A stretch of DNA of 63,965 nucleotides, filler included, from an uncultured Methanosarcinales archaeon (GCA_964645415.1; 3 parts of 3 records of this genome joined end to end with filler, not necessarily neighbours in it), one strand, 5' to 3'; shown: positions 30,757-41,854, counted from the first letter of the whole stretch. The notes: generated from the sequence alone by a model not told the origin. Numbers and translations are program-made.

Positions 30757-31192
30757 TTTTTATTTTATTTATAACTTTTTTAGTTTTATCTTCATTCATA
30801 TTTGAATAAACTTTACCATTAATTTCAATAACAGGTGCAAGACTACATGCACCAATACAATTTACAGTTTCAAGAGTAAAAAGATTATCAGGAGTTGTTT
30901 CTCCTACATCAATACCAAGAACTTTTTTTATAATATTTAGACTTTCATCACCTTTTTTTACAGAACAAGCAGTACCTAAACATACTCTTATTAAATATTC
31001 TCCTCGGTTATTTGATTTGAAACGATCATAAAAAGTAATAACTGAATGTATTTTAGAAAGTGGAATATCATATTTTTTTGATATTTTAATAGCTACAGAA
31101 CGCGGGATATAGTTAAAATGATTTTGAATTTCATGTAAAAGGTGTATTAAATCAGATTCTTCTACTGAATCAGGGTACTTGAAATCTTCCAT
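30740..31192 (-). CDS. hydC: NuoE-like [2Fe-2S] hydrogenase subunit
   Basis: VCLGTAC and NCIGACSLAP motifs; overlaps hydB. Confidence 0.93.
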   Translation of the reverse strand: MEDFKYPDSVEESDLIHLLHEIQNHFNYIPRSVAIKISKKYDIPLSKIHSVITFYDRFKSNNRGEYLIRVCLGTACSVKKGDESLNIIKKVLGIDVGETTPDNLFTLETVNCIGACSLAPVIEINGKVYSNMNEDKTKKVINKIKNEESN

Positions 31193-31251
31193 ACACTGAA
31201 ACCCTGTTATAAACTTTTAAATATTCTTAACTATTAATAGGTAAGTAAAAT

Positions 31252-31282
31252 AAAAAAAAAAGGATTCGGAAAAACCGAATCC
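31252..31282 (-). terminator. Hairpin plus U-tract terminator-like element
   Basis: Minus strand GGATTCGG-TTTTT-CCGAATCC followed by 10 T, about 25 nt after the stop of 31307-31483. Confidence 0.7.
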
Positions 31283-31306
31283 GTGATTAAAGATGGAAAT
31301 CTAGAC

Positions 31307-31483
31307 TTAATCAGAGATTACTTTCTCATAATACTTTCTTGGTTTAATATCTGTAATTACTGTTTTATGTATAATATAATCTCCATTTTCACTTTTTAGA
31401 GTTTTGGACTCTATAATAGGCATTTCCATTAGTTGTTTAATCTTTCCTTCAGATAGTTCCTTAAAATTTGGTTCATCTACCAT
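31307..31483 (-). CDS. Small hypothetical protein (58 aa), missed by the ORF track
   Basis: MVDEPNFKELSEGKIKQLMEMPIIESKTLKSENGDYIIHKTVITDIKPRKYYEKVISD; AT-rich promoter-like region upstream and terminator downstream. Confidence 0.75.
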   Translation of the reverse strand: MVDEPNFKELSEGKIKQLMEMPIIESKTLKSENGDYIIHKTVITDIKPRKYYEKVISD

Positions 31484-31588
31484 TTTATAAATAAAAAACT
31501 AAGCAAAAACATAAATATTTATAAATAAAAATTGAAAAAGTTACAAGATAAACAATAATTATTTAAAAAATTAATAATTGCAAAGTAT

Positions 31589-32173
31589 ATGACAGAGATA
31601 ATTACTAAAGAAGAATTTTTGCATAACAAAGATAAATTTTTAGGGATGATTAAAAGAGGATCAATATTTATCCATCCAACAGATACCATTTATGGTATAG
31701 GTTGTATTGCAGATAAAAAAGATAGTGTAGAAAAAATTAGAAAAGTAAAAAAACACAATAAGAAGAAACCTTTTAGTGTTATTGCACCAGATGTAAATTG
31801 GATAAAAAATCATCTTCACTTTAAAGAAGAATATGAAAGTCATATTCCAAAATTAAAAAAGCAACATACATTTATTATGGAACCTAATTCAGAACATTCT
31901 AAAAAAGTATCAGAAATAGTTGCAGATAGTAAGACTATTGGAATTAGATTAATTGATCATTGGTTTCAAGAATACATTCAAGAGATTAATAAACCAGTTA
32001 TTTCTACAAGTGTGAATAGAAAAGGAGAAATATTTATGTCAAATATTAATGATATTAATGAAGAAATCTATAAAAAAATAGACTTTATAATTTATGAAGG
32101 GGAGAAAAAAACAAAACCGAGTAAAGTAATTAATTTAACAACAAGAAAAGAAAAAGTAATTAGAGATAGATAA
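31589..32173 (+). CDS. tsaC: Threonylcarbamoyl-AMP synthase (TsaC/Sua5 YrdC domain)
   Basis: PTDTIYGIGC, KPFSV, TIGIR, ISTSVN and PSKV motifs. Confidence 0.9.
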   Translation: MTEIITKEEFLHNKDKFLGMIKRGSIFIHPTDTIYGIGCIADKKDSVEKIRKVKKHNKKKPFSVIAPDVNWIKNHLHFKEEYESHIPKLKKQHTFIMEPNSEHSKKVSEIVADSKTIGIRLIDHWFQEYIQEINKPVISTSVNRKGEIFMSNINDINEEIYKKIDFIIYEGEKKTKPSKVINLTTRKEKVIRDR

Positions 32174-35100
32174 TTAATTCATTAATTTAAGATTAAGTTC
32201 AGTATATAATTTTGAAATTTTAATCTTAATTTTTCTGCTTTCAGAACTACTTAAAGATGATGTTCTATAATCTTTTTGTATCTTTCTAAAAATATTCTGA
32301 GCTTCATTAATATTATCATTATTGATTAAATTTTCACATTTATTAATATCATTCATTATAGTATTAAAATTACTATTATCCTTCATTTCAGAATTATTTA
32401 AAGAATTTGAGTTATTATTCATTGATTTTCTTTTATTTGATTTTATTTTTGGAAGTTCTTTTAAAGGTAAATGATTATTATCCATTTCATCAATCATTTT
32501 AAGAAGATAATTCTCTTTTTCATTTAGTTTTTCTTCTTTTTTATTTAATTTCTTTTCTTTTTTACTAAGTTTTCTCTCTAAAGATTTAACATTGGATTCT
32601 TTCTTTAATATTTTCTCTCTCTTTTTTTCAATTGATTCTTCTCTTTCATTTAAGTCTTTTTTAAAATTAGATAAATTATCTCGCTTTAATTCTAGTTTAG
32701 AACTAAATGATTCAATTTTATCCTTCATAGATGAAATTTTTAATTCAAGTTCGTTTAATTCCTCTTTTTTATTAGATATTTTATTATCTAAATTATTTTC
32801 TTTAATCTTATAATCATTTTTTAATGAATTAATTTTATTATTTAACTCTGAGATTTTATCTTTTTTTGAACTAATTTTCTCTTCAATTAATTTTGATTTT
32901 CTCTCAAGTTTTTCTTTTTCTGAGTTAATTTTTTGATTAAAATCTTTTAATTTAATTTCATATTTCTCTTCTACACTTTTAACTTTTTTATTTAATGAAT
33001 TTAACTTATCTTCTTTTTTAGATATTTTATTTTGTAAGTAAGATTTTTTATTTCTTATATTATTTAGTTCAGTACTTAAATCACTTTTATTTAGTTCTAA
33101 ACGACTTATTTCTTCTTTTAAATACTCATACCTTCCTTGTTTAGCACTTAACTTACTTAAAACATCATCATATAATTCTTTTTCTTTTGAAAGTTTATCC
33201 TCTACTTTTTCTAATTCAGATTTTTTTGTATTGATTTCAGAAATAAGATTGCTTAACTTATTTTCTTTATTTTCTAATTCAGAATCATAATTTTCTTTTT
33301 TAGAAGAGTAATTTACTTCAATTTCATTGATTTTATCTTTTAAATCTTTTATTTTAGATTTCTTTTCATCAATATCATTTGATAATTCTTGTTCTTTGTT
33401 TAAAAAAGATTTAACATTAGAAGATAATTTTTGTTTTTTAGATTTTAATTCATTTTTTCTCTTTTCAAGTTCTATAATCTCATCATTCAATTTCTTCAAA
33501 TTATTTTCTTTAACTTCTAATTTAGAAGTTAGTTCATTATTTTTTTCTTTATTTTCTTCTAATTTCTTTTTTATATCTGAAAGAACTATTTTTTTATTTT
33601 CCAAATCATTAACAAATTGTTCATAAGATTCTTTTATATTAGATAATTTTTCATTTAAATTCTCTACTTTTTCACTTTTTTCATTTAATAATTTATTATA
33701 ATAGTTATTTTTTTCAGAGAAATTTTCACTAATATCTTCTAATTTATATTTTAAATCATTTAACTCCTTTTGTTTTTCTTGTTTTTCATTGAGAATGGAA
33801 TTTTTCTTATCTTGTAAATTTTCAATTTGAGATAATAAATTATTTTTTTTGCTTAATATACTATTTTTATTATTTTTTAAGTTTTTATATTCAATATTTA
33901 ATTTTTCTAATTTTTCTTCCTTACGTTCAATTTTTCCATTTAAAGAAGTAAGTTCTTTATTTTTATCAGATAATTTCTTTTTTAAAGAAGATAATTTAGA
34001 TTTCTTTTCATTAATCTTTTTATTAAAGTGACTATAAGAACTTTCAATAGTAGAAATCTCTTCTCGTAAATCACTAATAATTTCTCTTTTTTTATCAAGT
34101 TTAGAGTTTAATTCATCATTCTTTTCATGGTAATCTTTTTCAAGAGAATTCATCTCAGAAATCAAATCATTAATTTTTTTATTTTTACGCTCAATGTTTT
34201 TCTTTAAACTATCTCTTTTAGACTCTAAAGAACGAATATCATTTTCTAAGTTATCTTTACTTCTTGAAAGATCAATTTTATTTTCTTTTAATTCATTAAC
34301 TTCAGATTGAATTTCAGATTTCTCTTTACTTAAGTTAGATTTTTCAGATTCAAGAGAAGTAAGTTTCTTTCTTAATATGGATAAATTCTCTTTTTTATCA
34401 TTTATCTTTTGGTTTAAATGTTCTATCTCTTCTTTTAAATTATGTTTAGTTTTATTATTCTCTTTGATTAAATTTTCTTTTTTCTCTTTTAAATCATCAA
34501 TTTCAGTACAAAGATTAGATTTAAGTTCATTTAAATCATGAGTCTTTGATTTAATTAAATCATACTCTTCTTTTATAGAAATTAATTTTTCCTCTTTATT
34601 GTTTAATTTATTATTTAAAGACTCAAATTCAGTTTCTTTATTAGATAATTTCTTTTTTAAAGAAGATAATTTAGATTTCTTTTCATTAATCTTTTTATTA
34701 AAGTGACTATAAGAACTTTCAATAGTAGAAATCTCTTCTCGTAAATCACTAATAATTTCTCTTTTTTTATCAAGTTTAGAGTTTAATTCATCATTCTTTT
34801 CATGGTAATCTTTTTCAAGAGAATTCATCTCAGAAATCAAATCATTAATTTTTTTATTTTTACGCTCAATGTTTTTCTTTAAACTATCTCTTTTAGACTC
34901 TAAAGAACGAATATCATTTTCTAAGTTATCTTTACTTCTTGAAAGATCAATTTTATTTTCTTTTAATTCATTAACTTCAGATTGAATTTCAGATTTCTCT
35001 TTACTTAAGTTAGATTTTTCAGATTCAAGAGAAGTAAGTTTCTTTCTTAATATGGATAAATTCTCTTTTTTATCATTTATCTTTTGGTTTAAGTTTTCAA

Positions 35101-36541
35101 TTTGTTTTATTAAATTAAATCTCTGTTTATTTTTTTTCTTATTTAATTCTTTAATATCTTGAATCTTTTCATTAAGCTTAAGAGAATATTTTTTCACATT
35201 ATTTTCTATTTCATTTTCTTTTGTTTTAAGAGTTTTATAAAAATCAATTAAATCCTCTCCTTTTTTATTGTATTTCTCTTTTAGTTTAATTAACTCTTCT
35301 TCTTTTTCATCTAAGTTTTTCTTTTTTCTAAATAGGTTTTTTTCAATCTCAGAAAGTTCTAATTCTTTATTTTTTATTTGGTTAAATTTACTTTCAATTT
35401 CTTTTTCTTTTTCTTCAATTTCTAATTCTCTATTTGAAATTATATCTTCTCTTTTATTTAGATGTTTTTCAAAATTATTTAATTCTTTTCTTTGTAACTC
35501 AAACTGATTATTTAACTCTTCTTCTCTTTTTGATAAACTTTCTTTCTCTTTTTTTAATTCTTTTAAATTTTTATTATACTCTTCTTCTTTTTTCTTAAAA
35601 TCTTTCTCTTTTTTATCAAGTGAATTTAATTTCAAATTAATCTTATTTCTCTCTTCTTCAACTTCTAACTTAAAATTTTTATGTTTTTCATAAATCTCTT
35701 CTTCTAAATTATCAAGTTCATCTTTTCTTTTTTCAATCTCTTTCTTTTCTTCAAGTAATTTCTTTTTCAATAGTCTATATTCTTCTTTTTTATCTTCAAG
35801 ATCTTTTTTCAAATTATCTACTAAAATTTCTTTTTTGTCAAGTTTTTCTTCTTTTATCTTTATCTCTTCATCCTTTTTATTAAGAAGTGATTTTTTTGAA
35901 TCTAAATCTTGACTCTCTTTAAATAGTTTAACTTCCTTTTCATTAATTTGACTTTCTCTTTCATCAAGCTCTTTTTTTCTTTTTTTAAAATATTCATCAA
36001 TCTCTTTTTCCTTTTTTTTGATTCTATCTTTTAATTTATTAAGATGAATTTTTTCGGATTTTACTTTTGATTTCATTTCTTTCAAAGCTTGCTCTTTAGA
36101 ATGTAAACTATCTTTTAACTCATAAATTTCAGAACTTTCAGATTCTACTTTATCTAGTATACGAGAAAGTTTTCTCTCTTTTTTTTCAATAATATTATCA
36201 AATTTTTTTATTTCAGATTTTTTATTATTAATTTTTAAATTTAATCTTTTCTTCTCAGCTTTCATATAATCTAAAGAATTGTAAAGCTCTTTTAAATGCT
36301 TGAACTTATCAATTTTATCATCAAGTTCATTTTTTAGTTTATTAATTCTCCTTTCTTCATCTTTTTGTTTTTCAATTAATTTTTTAGTTTCTTGTTTTTT
36401 ATCAATTAATTCTATTTTTTCTTTTTTCAACTCTTGCTTCTTTTTAGAGATTATTTCTTTAGTCTCTTTGAAATCATTAAAAATCCCTTCTAAATCTCTA
36501 GGAATAGTACTAATATCCTCAGTTTTTGTTTTATTAAACAT
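32174..36541 (-). CDS. Giant (1455 aa) coiled-coil protein with no ATPase motifs
   Basis: Continuous heptad K/E/L pattern, internal 150-aa duplication and a short helical C-terminal domain. Confidence 0.85.
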   Translation of the reverse strand: MFNKTKTEDISTIPRDLEGIFNDFKETKEIISKKKQELKKEKIELIDKKQETKKLIEKQKDEERRINKLKNELDDKIDKFKHLKELYNSLDYMKAEKKRLNLKINNKKSEIKKFDNIIEKKERKLSRILDKVESESSEIYELKDSLHSKEQALKEMKSKVKSEKIHLNKLKDRIKKKEKEIDEYFKKRKKELDERESQINEKEVKLFKESQDLDSKKSLLNKKDEEIKIKEEKLDKKEILVDNLKKDLEDKKEEYRLLKKKLLEEKKEIEKRKDELDNLEEEIYEKHKNFKLEVEEERNKINLKLNSLDKKEKDFKKKEEEYNKNLKELKKEKESLSKREEELNNQFELQRKELNNFEKHLNKREDIISNRELEIEEKEKEIESKFNQIKNKELELSEIEKNLFRKKKNLDEKEEELIKLKEKYNKKGEDLIDFYKTLKTKENEIENNVKKYSLKLNEKIQDIKELNKKKNKQRFNLIKQIENLNQKINDKKENLSILRKKLTSLESEKSNLSKEKSEIQSEVNELKENKIDLSRSKDNLENDIRSLESKRDSLKKNIERKNKKINDLISEMNSLEKDYHEKNDELNSKLDKKREIISDLREEISTIESSYSHFNKKINEKKSKLSSLKKKLSNKETEFESLNNKLNNKEEKLISIKEEYDLIKSKTHDLNELKSNLCTEIDDLKEKKENLIKENNKTKHNLKEEIEHLNQKINDKKENLSILRKKLTSLESEKSNLSKEKSEIQSEVNELKENKIDLSRSKDNLENDIRSLESKRDSLKKNIERKNKKINDLISEMNSLEKDYHEKNDELNSKLDKKREIISDLREEISTIESSYSHFNKKINEKKSKLSSLKKKLSDKNKELTSLNGKIERKEEKLEKLNIEYKNLKNNKNSILSKKNNLLSQIENLQDKKNSILNEKQEKQKELNDLKYKLEDISENFSEKNNYYNKLLNEKSEKVENLNEKLSNIKESYEQFVNDLENKKIVLSDIKKKLEENKEKNNELTSKLEVKENNLKKLNDEIIELEKRKNELKSKKQKLSSNVKSFLNKEQELSNDIDEKKSKIKDLKDKINEIEVNYSSKKENYDSELENKENKLSNLISEINTKKSELEKVEDKLSKEKELYDDVLSKLSAKQGRYEYLKEEISRLELNKSDLSTELNNIRNKKSYLQNKISKKEDKLNSLNKKVKSVEEKYEIKLKDFNQKINSEKEKLERKSKLIEEKISSKKDKISELNNKINSLKNDYKIKENNLDNKISNKKEELNELELKISSMKDKIESFSSKLELKRDNLSNFKKDLNEREESIEKKREKILKKESNVKSLERKLSKKEKKLNKKEEKLNEKENYLLKMIDEMDNNHLPLKELPKIKSNKRKSMNNNSNSLNNSEMKDNSNFNTIMNDINKCENLINNDNINEAQNIFRKIQKDYRTSSLSSSESRKIKIKISKLYTELNLKLMN
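33968..35092. repeat. 450-bp direct repeat, 2 copies (33968-34417 and 34643-35092), period 675 bp
   Basis: Copies appear identical by eye and encode LNQKINDKKENL...SSLKKKLS twice. Confidence 0.95.
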
Positions 36542-36549
36542 TAAAACAC

Positions 36550-37758
36550 CTATAAATTATTCAATTCATGTTTTATCTTTTTTAACTCAGAAGAAATTTC
36601 ACTTCCTAACTTATCGTATTCAATAATTGTCTCAGAAGGAATTTTAGCAACTTCAACTTCTTTATCATCAATATAATGAGTAGTAATACCTAATTTTTCC
36701 ATTTCTTTAACTAATATTTTTTCTCTATTTTCTAAGTCATTTTCTTTTCTTTCTATTAATTTTAGCTTAGCTTTTGATTCTTTCTCAAACTTTTGCTTTT
36801 CCATACGTAAATCATTAAGCATTAATTTCAGATTATTTTCTTTTTCAATTAATTTGCCTTTTTTCTTTTCAATTTCATTTAAATGATTTTCAAAGAACTT
36901 TTCCTTGAATTTTAACTCTTCTTTTAATTTTTTATTTTCAGAAGATAATTCACTAATCTTTTTATCTTTTTCGATACTTGAATTTAAAACTTCAATTAAT
37001 TTTTCTTTTAAAAATCCTATTTTTTTATTAATTAACTTTTCTTTTTTATTATTATAACCTTTTAAAGAGTTTTCAAGAAAATCACTTTGTCTTTCAAGAT
37101 CACTTTCTTTTTCATTTAATGCAATTTGTTTTTGATTAGTCTTTTGTATTAATTGATAAGCTTTTCTTAATTTTTTATTAACCATATCTTCTTTCATATC
37201 AAGTTCTTTTTCCATTAATTTTACTTTATATTCTAAAGCATCTTTTCTAGCAGTAACTTGAATTAATCTATCCCTCAATGAAGAAATAAGAGAAGATACT
37301 TTTTCTTTAGACTTAGAAAAATCAGATTCTGAAACATTTGAATTATTATTGGAGTTATTAGAATTTTTAGACTGATTAACATCTTCTTCTTGATCATACT
37401 TTGAATTAATATCAAAACTTTGATTATTTATCTTTCTATTAATCTCATCATCTGAAAGAATTTCACTTTCTAATTCTTTTATTGAGTTTTTTAATTTGAT
37501 TTTTTCAGAATCTTTTTCTTCTGATTTAGAATTTTCTTCATTAATTCCATCAGACATGTTATTAATTAAGGCTAATCTTAAATATCTAATTAATTCATTT
37601 TTCTCTTCAGCACCTTCAATTTTTTCTTCATGATCAATAAAATTAGATGCCTTGTTTTTTACATATCTTATATAACTATCTCTATTACGCTTAAAATCAG
37701 TATTATCTACTTCTTTTAATTCCTTTATTAATGATTTTATAACTTCATAACTTGTCAT
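36550..37758 (-). CDS. Coiled-coil hypothetical protein
   Basis: 402-aa ORF 8 bp from the next gene; GGTG SD upstream. Confidence 0.8.
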   Translation of the reverse strand: MTSYEVIKSLIKELKEVDNTDFKRNRDSYIRYVKNKASNFIDHEEKIEGAEEKNELIRYLRLALINNMSDGINEENSKSEEKDSEKIKLKNSIKELESEILSDDEINRKINNQSFDINSKYDQEEDVNQSKNSNNSNNNSNVSESDFSKSKEKVSSLISSLRDRLIQVTARKDALEYKVKLMEKELDMKEDMVNKKLRKAYQLIQKTNQKQIALNEKESDLERQSDFLENSLKGYNNKKEKLINKKIGFLKEKLIEVLNSSIEKDKKISELSSENKKLKEELKFKEKFFENHLNEIEKKKGKLIEKENNLKLMLNDLRMEKQKFEKESKAKLKLIERKENDLENREKILVKEMEKLGITTHYIDDKEVEVAKIPSETIIEYDKLGSEISSELKKIKHELNNL

Positions 37759-37791
37759 ATGAGCACCTTTAAGTAAAACTTATGGAAATAA

Positions 37792-39096
37792 CTATACAAT
37801 TTCTTGACTAATTTTTGCTAAATTAAAATCATTTTTTAATTCAAGAATATGTAATTCCTCTTCTTTTGATTCTTGTTTTGTTTTCAATAATTCAATTAAT
37901 TCCTCAACATTATCTAATTTGTGATCATCAATTAATTTTTTACAACGATTGAAAATTTCATCAAAGCTCATATTAGCTAATTTTTCATCAGAAGATGAAT
38001 TTTCAGAATTATTTTTAGAATCATTATTAGAACTAACTTTATCATCATGTTCAGATAAAGATGAATCAGTTTTTACAAAATCACTTCCACCATTTGTTTT
38101 AACAAAATTTTTGAAAGCATCAAAATTTTCTAAAACATAATTAAATTTATCTAAAATCTCATTTCTCTTCTCATTTAATTCAATTTCTCTTTCATTTATT
38201 TCTTTTTCTCTTTCATTCAATTCAATTTCTCTTTCTCTTAATCTCATTTCCCATTCAGATAAATCTCCTCTTGAATTGGAATCAATCTTTTTTTCGTGAT
38301 TCTTACTTTTTTTATTAAAAGACTTACTTTCATCAAGATCTTTGCTTTTATTTAAATTAGGTTTATTATTTTTGATTTCTTCATTCTTTCCTAAATTTGA
38401 TTTAGAAAATGTATTATCGCTCTCTGTTGAATCATCCTCTTCAAGGTAATCATCTAACTCTAAATCATCATCTAACATACCTTTTATCTGTTTAACACGG
38501 TTTTTTAACTTATCTAAACCATTATCGACATCACTTAAATCAAATTCATCATCAAGATCTTTTAAATGGTCTATTTTTTCACTTTTTGATAATTTATCGA
38601 TACTATCAATATCTTTTTCCATATTTTTCATTATTTTTTGCTTTCTTTCATTTGACTTATTTTTATTTACTTTAGATTTTTTTGAAAATCTAGATTTCTT
38701 ATTTAAAGAGTTATTATTTACTTTCTTCTTTTTCTTCTTAGTTTTAGAATCATCTTTTGATTTTAGATCTTCATGTGAATTAAGTTTAAAATTATCTTGA
38801 CCAATCTCTTTTTCAAGTTCATCTAAACTCATACCACTCAGATTAGAATCAGAATCATTAAGTTCATTTTTCTTAGTTTTTTTGATCAATTTATTTACAC
38901 GATCAGAATGATTATCAGAATTAGATTTAGAATCTTTCTTAAAAATTCCTTTAACTTTTGAAAATAAACCTTTATTTTTGCCTTTGTTCTTCGATTTATT
39001 CACATTATTTTTATTTACATCATTAATCATTTTTTTGATTGACTCAATTTCTTTTTTATCCATATTAGAAACATCTTTTGAACTATCAATATTCAT
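37792..39096 (-). CDS. Low-complexity/coiled-coil hypothetical protein
   Basis: GLFSKVKGIFKK amphipathic segment, EREIELN repeats, and a C-terminal helical domain similar to that of the 1455-aa protein. Confidence 0.8.
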   Translation of the reverse strand: MNIDSSKDVSNMDKKEIESIKKMINDVNKNNVNKSKNKGKNKGLFSKVKGIFKKDSKSNSDNHSDRVNKLIKKTKKNELNDSDSNLSGMSLDELEKEIGQDNFKLNSHEDLKSKDDSKTKKKKKKVNNNSLNKKSRFSKKSKVNKNKSNERKQKIMKNMEKDIDSIDKLSKSEKIDHLKDLDDEFDLSDVDNGLDKLKNRVKQIKGMLDDDLELDDYLEEDDSTESDNTFSKSNLGKNEEIKNNKPNLNKSKDLDESKSFNKKSKNHEKKIDSNSRGDLSEWEMRLREREIELNEREKEINEREIELNEKRNEILDKFNYVLENFDAFKNFVKTNGGSDFVKTDSSLSEHDDKVSSNNDSKNNSENSSSDEKLANMSFDEIFNRCKKLIDDHKLDNVEELIELLKTKQESKEEELHILELKNDFNLAKISQEIV

Positions 39097-39193
39097 TAAA
39101 AAACACCCCATTTATTAAAGAATCTAATATATATACTTTGAAATAACTTTAAATAATTTTGTTACTATTAGAAAAAAATAAAAATAAAAATAA

Positions 39194-41116
39194 CTATTTC
39201 AACATCTTTTTTACACGATTATAAAGTTCTTCGTGCCCTTCCCAATCAAGACCATGTTTAAGAACTTCATAGATATTTGAAACAGATATTATCTCAATAT
39301 TAGAAAGATCTTTTTTCGATATTACAATGTCTTCCATATTTGATTTAGGTACAATTACCTGTTTTAAGCCAGCATCAATTGCAGCTTCAATTTTTTGAGT
39401 AACACCACCAACTGGAAGAACATCACCTTTTATGGAAAGACTACCAGTCATTGCAAGAGATTGCTTTATTGGAATATTCTTTAAAGAGGAAATAACAGCT
39501 ATTGCAACTGCGATACTTGCCGAATCACCTTCAACACCTTCATAAGTTTGAAGAAACTGTACAAAAACCTCTTTTTTATCAAGATCATCTGAGAATAATT
39601 TTTTTACGATTGCCGAAACATTTGTAATTGCCTCTTTTGCAATATCACCTAAGTTTCCAGTTGCGATAAACTCTTTTTTCTCACCAGAAGTAACTTCAGA
39701 TTCAATTGGAAGGATTATTCCAGAATAAACGCTTTCTGAACCCATTACAGCAAGACCATTAACTCGTCCTATCTTACTTCCAGATAGTGCAATAACTTCA
39801 TATTCTTTTTTCTTTTCAATGAAGTTATCAGCGATTTGGTATTCTAAAGATTTTCCAAGTTTTTTTGCTTTTTTAATGTGTTCTGGTTTTACTAAATCAG
39901 ATTCCTCTTCAACAGCAATATCTCCAGCTGCTCTAATAATACCACCTAACTCACGAAATCTTAATGAAAAATGATTTTTTCTATTTGCTCTTTTTTTAGC
40001 TTCTTCAATAATATATCCAACAGACTCCTTTGTGAAGTGAGCAATTTTTCCATCTTTTTCAACTTCTTGAGCTACAAATTTAGCAATCTTTTTTCTATTC
40101 TCTTTTGTATCTTTCATAGTTTTATTCATGAAAACTTCATAACCATATCCTCTAATTCTAGAACGAAGAGCAGGATGCATATCTTTTAAGGTATCTAAAT
40201 TACCTGCTGCAACTAAAATAAAATCACAAGGGACTGGTTCAGTTCTTACCATAGCACCGGCAGACCTTTCGGATTGCCCAGTTATAGGAAACTCTTTTTC
40301 TTGTAGAGCAGTTAAAAGTTCTTGTTGAGTTTCAATACCTAATGTAGATATTTCATCAATAAATAATACTCCTAAGTGAGCTTTATGAATTAATCCACCA
40401 ACAACTCTTTTGTGAGCAGGTGTACCAAGACCTCCAGATTGAAATGGATCATGTAAAACATCACCTAATAAAGCACCAGCATGTGCACCTGTTGCTTCAT
40501 AAAATGGAGCTTGATCATTTTCACTATTATCAACAACAATTTTTGGTTCTTTTGAGTCACCACCACCCATCATTGAATTCATTCCAACATTCAATAATAG
40601 TACTAAAGCAGCAAAAACCATCGTTCCACCAATAAAGAAAGCTGCAAACATTATATCACTATCATATCTTGACCTTGCCCACCAAGGAAGAATCATAGTA
40701 ATTATTGCAATAAATAATAAGAAAAATAATTGTCCTTGTTTAGATTTTTCAGATTTAGATTTTGATTTTTCAACGAGATTCTTTGCTTTTCCTGTTTTAA
40801 CAATCCTAATTAAAGGATTATTTTCATCATTAGGATTACTAAAAGATAAAACATCAACTAACCTTTCAACAGGTAATAATTCAGCAAGTGCTTTTCCAAG
40901 CATACTCTTTCCTGTTCCAGGGTCACCAATTAAAAGAACATGTCTTCTTTGTTTTGATGCTTTTTTAATTATATCAACAGCTTCATCTTGACCAATTACT
41001 TGCTCAATTAAGTTTCCAGAGATATCTATCTCACTGGTATCACTAAAATCAAGATGTTTTGTGAATTCTATCTGATCATCATTAATATTATTATTTTGTT
41101 TCTTTTTAGAACCCAT
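39194..41116 (-). CDS. lonB: ATP-dependent protease LonB
   Basis: Walker A GDPGTGKS, two TM helices, HDPFQSGGL, catalytic Ser in EGDSAS and Lys in [10 protein letters not shown]. Confidence 0.97.
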   Translation of the reverse strand: MGSKKKQNNNINDDQIEFTKHLDFSDTSEIDISGNLIEQVIGQDEAVDIIKKASKQRRHVLLIGDPGTGKSMLGKALAELLPVERLVDVLSFSNPNDENNPLIRIVKTGKAKNLVEKSKSKSEKSKQGQLFFLLFIAIITMILPWWARSRYDSDIMFAAFFIGGTMVFAALVLLLNVGMNSMMGGGDSKEPKIVVDNSENDQAPFYEATGAHAGALLGDVLHDPFQSGGLGTPAHKRVVGGLIHKAHLGVLFIDEISTLGIETQQELLTALQEKEFPITGQSERSAGAMVRTEPVPCDFILVAAGNLDTLKDMHPALRSRIRGYGYEVFMNKTMKDTKENRKKIAKFVAQEVEKDGKIAHFTKESVGYIIEEAKKRANRKNHFSLRFRELGGIIRAAGDIAVEEESDLVKPEHIKKAKKLGKSLEYQIADNFIEKKKEYEVIALSGSKIGRVNGLAVMGSESVYSGIILPIESEVTSGEKKEFIATGNLGDIAKEAITNVSAIVKKLFSDDLDKKEVFVQFLQTYEGVEGDSASIAVAIAVISSLKNIPIKQSLAMTGSLSIKGDVLPVGGVTQKIEAAIDAGLKQVIVPKSNMEDIVISKKDLSNIEIISVSNIYEVLKHGLDWEGHEELYNRVKKMLK

Positions 41117-41215
41117 ATGAAAGTGGTATAATTAAAGATATAAATATTTTATTTAATAATTAAAAGAATTTTAAATTTATTTAGTGATTATAAAAAAAAA
41201 AAGTAAAAGAAAAAA

Positions 41216-41461
41216 TCACATATATGAATCACTATTTGAGTAATCAAATTTTTCTTTCAAATGGCTTTCTGTTGATTTAGAATTATAAAAACTTTTAGAT
41301 TTACCAAAAATATTTTCTATATGATATCCAGAAACACAATCAATATCTTCATTTTCAGAAGTACTTAAATAATGAATCTCATCATTACATCTTTCCATAG
41401 AAATTATTCTTTCAATCTCTTCAGAAGATAAAATACCCTCTAAATTTTCATCATTAGTCAT
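41216..41461 (-). CDS. Hypothetical protein
   Basis: 81-aa ORF only. Confidence 0.5.
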   Translation of the reverse strand: MTNDENLEGILSSEEIERIISMERCNDEIHYLSTSENEDIDCVSGYHIENIFGKSKSFYNSKSTESHLKEKFDYSNSDSYM

Positions 41462-41524
41462 TTTTTGTCACAACTAAATAACTAATTAATTACTATATAA
41501 AAAGAATGTTAGTATAATAACAAA

Positions 41525-41854
41525 TTATTCATCATCTAATGAATTTATTTTTGGTTCCAAATTATTTAATTGATCTTTAACAGATTCTAAATCTTCAATT
41601 AAATTTTCATCTTCTATTTGTGATGTAATATCATTAATCTCATTAACTACTTCATCAACACCATCATCTTGAAAATTAAAACCAGCAGTAAATACACTTA
41701 TTATTAAAAGACCACCAAGCACAAAAGATGTTATCATCCAAAGATTACTTTCTCTTTTTAATGATTCAATTTGATTTTTAAGCTGTTTATTCTCATTTTG
41801 TAAATTATTTTCAGTTTCTTTTTTAGAAGTTTTTTTTGTTTTTTTATCATTCAT
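41525..41854 (-). CDS. Single-TM protein with coiled coils
   Basis: WMITSFVLGGLLIISVFTAGF TM helix; GGTGA SD. Confidence 0.7.
   Translation of the reverse strand: MNDKKTKKTSKKETENNLQNENKQLKNQIESLKRESNLWMITSFVLGGLLIISVFTAGFNFQDDGVDEVVNEINDITSQIEDENLIEDLESVKDQLNNLEPKINSLDDE

Noticed and set aside
28990..31192. Respiratory complex I (nuoE/nuoF)
   Set aside because: The adjacent subunit has H-cluster motifs and no membrane nuo genes are present, so these are hydB and hydC.
34231..34238. AACGAATA inside the coiled-coil gene (again in the duplicate copy)
   Set aside because: Isolated and within coding sequence, without the other motifs of the repeat family.
32174..36541. SMC/Rad50 annotation for the giant coiled coil
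   Set aside because: No Walker A/B, signature motif, hinge or CXXC hook.
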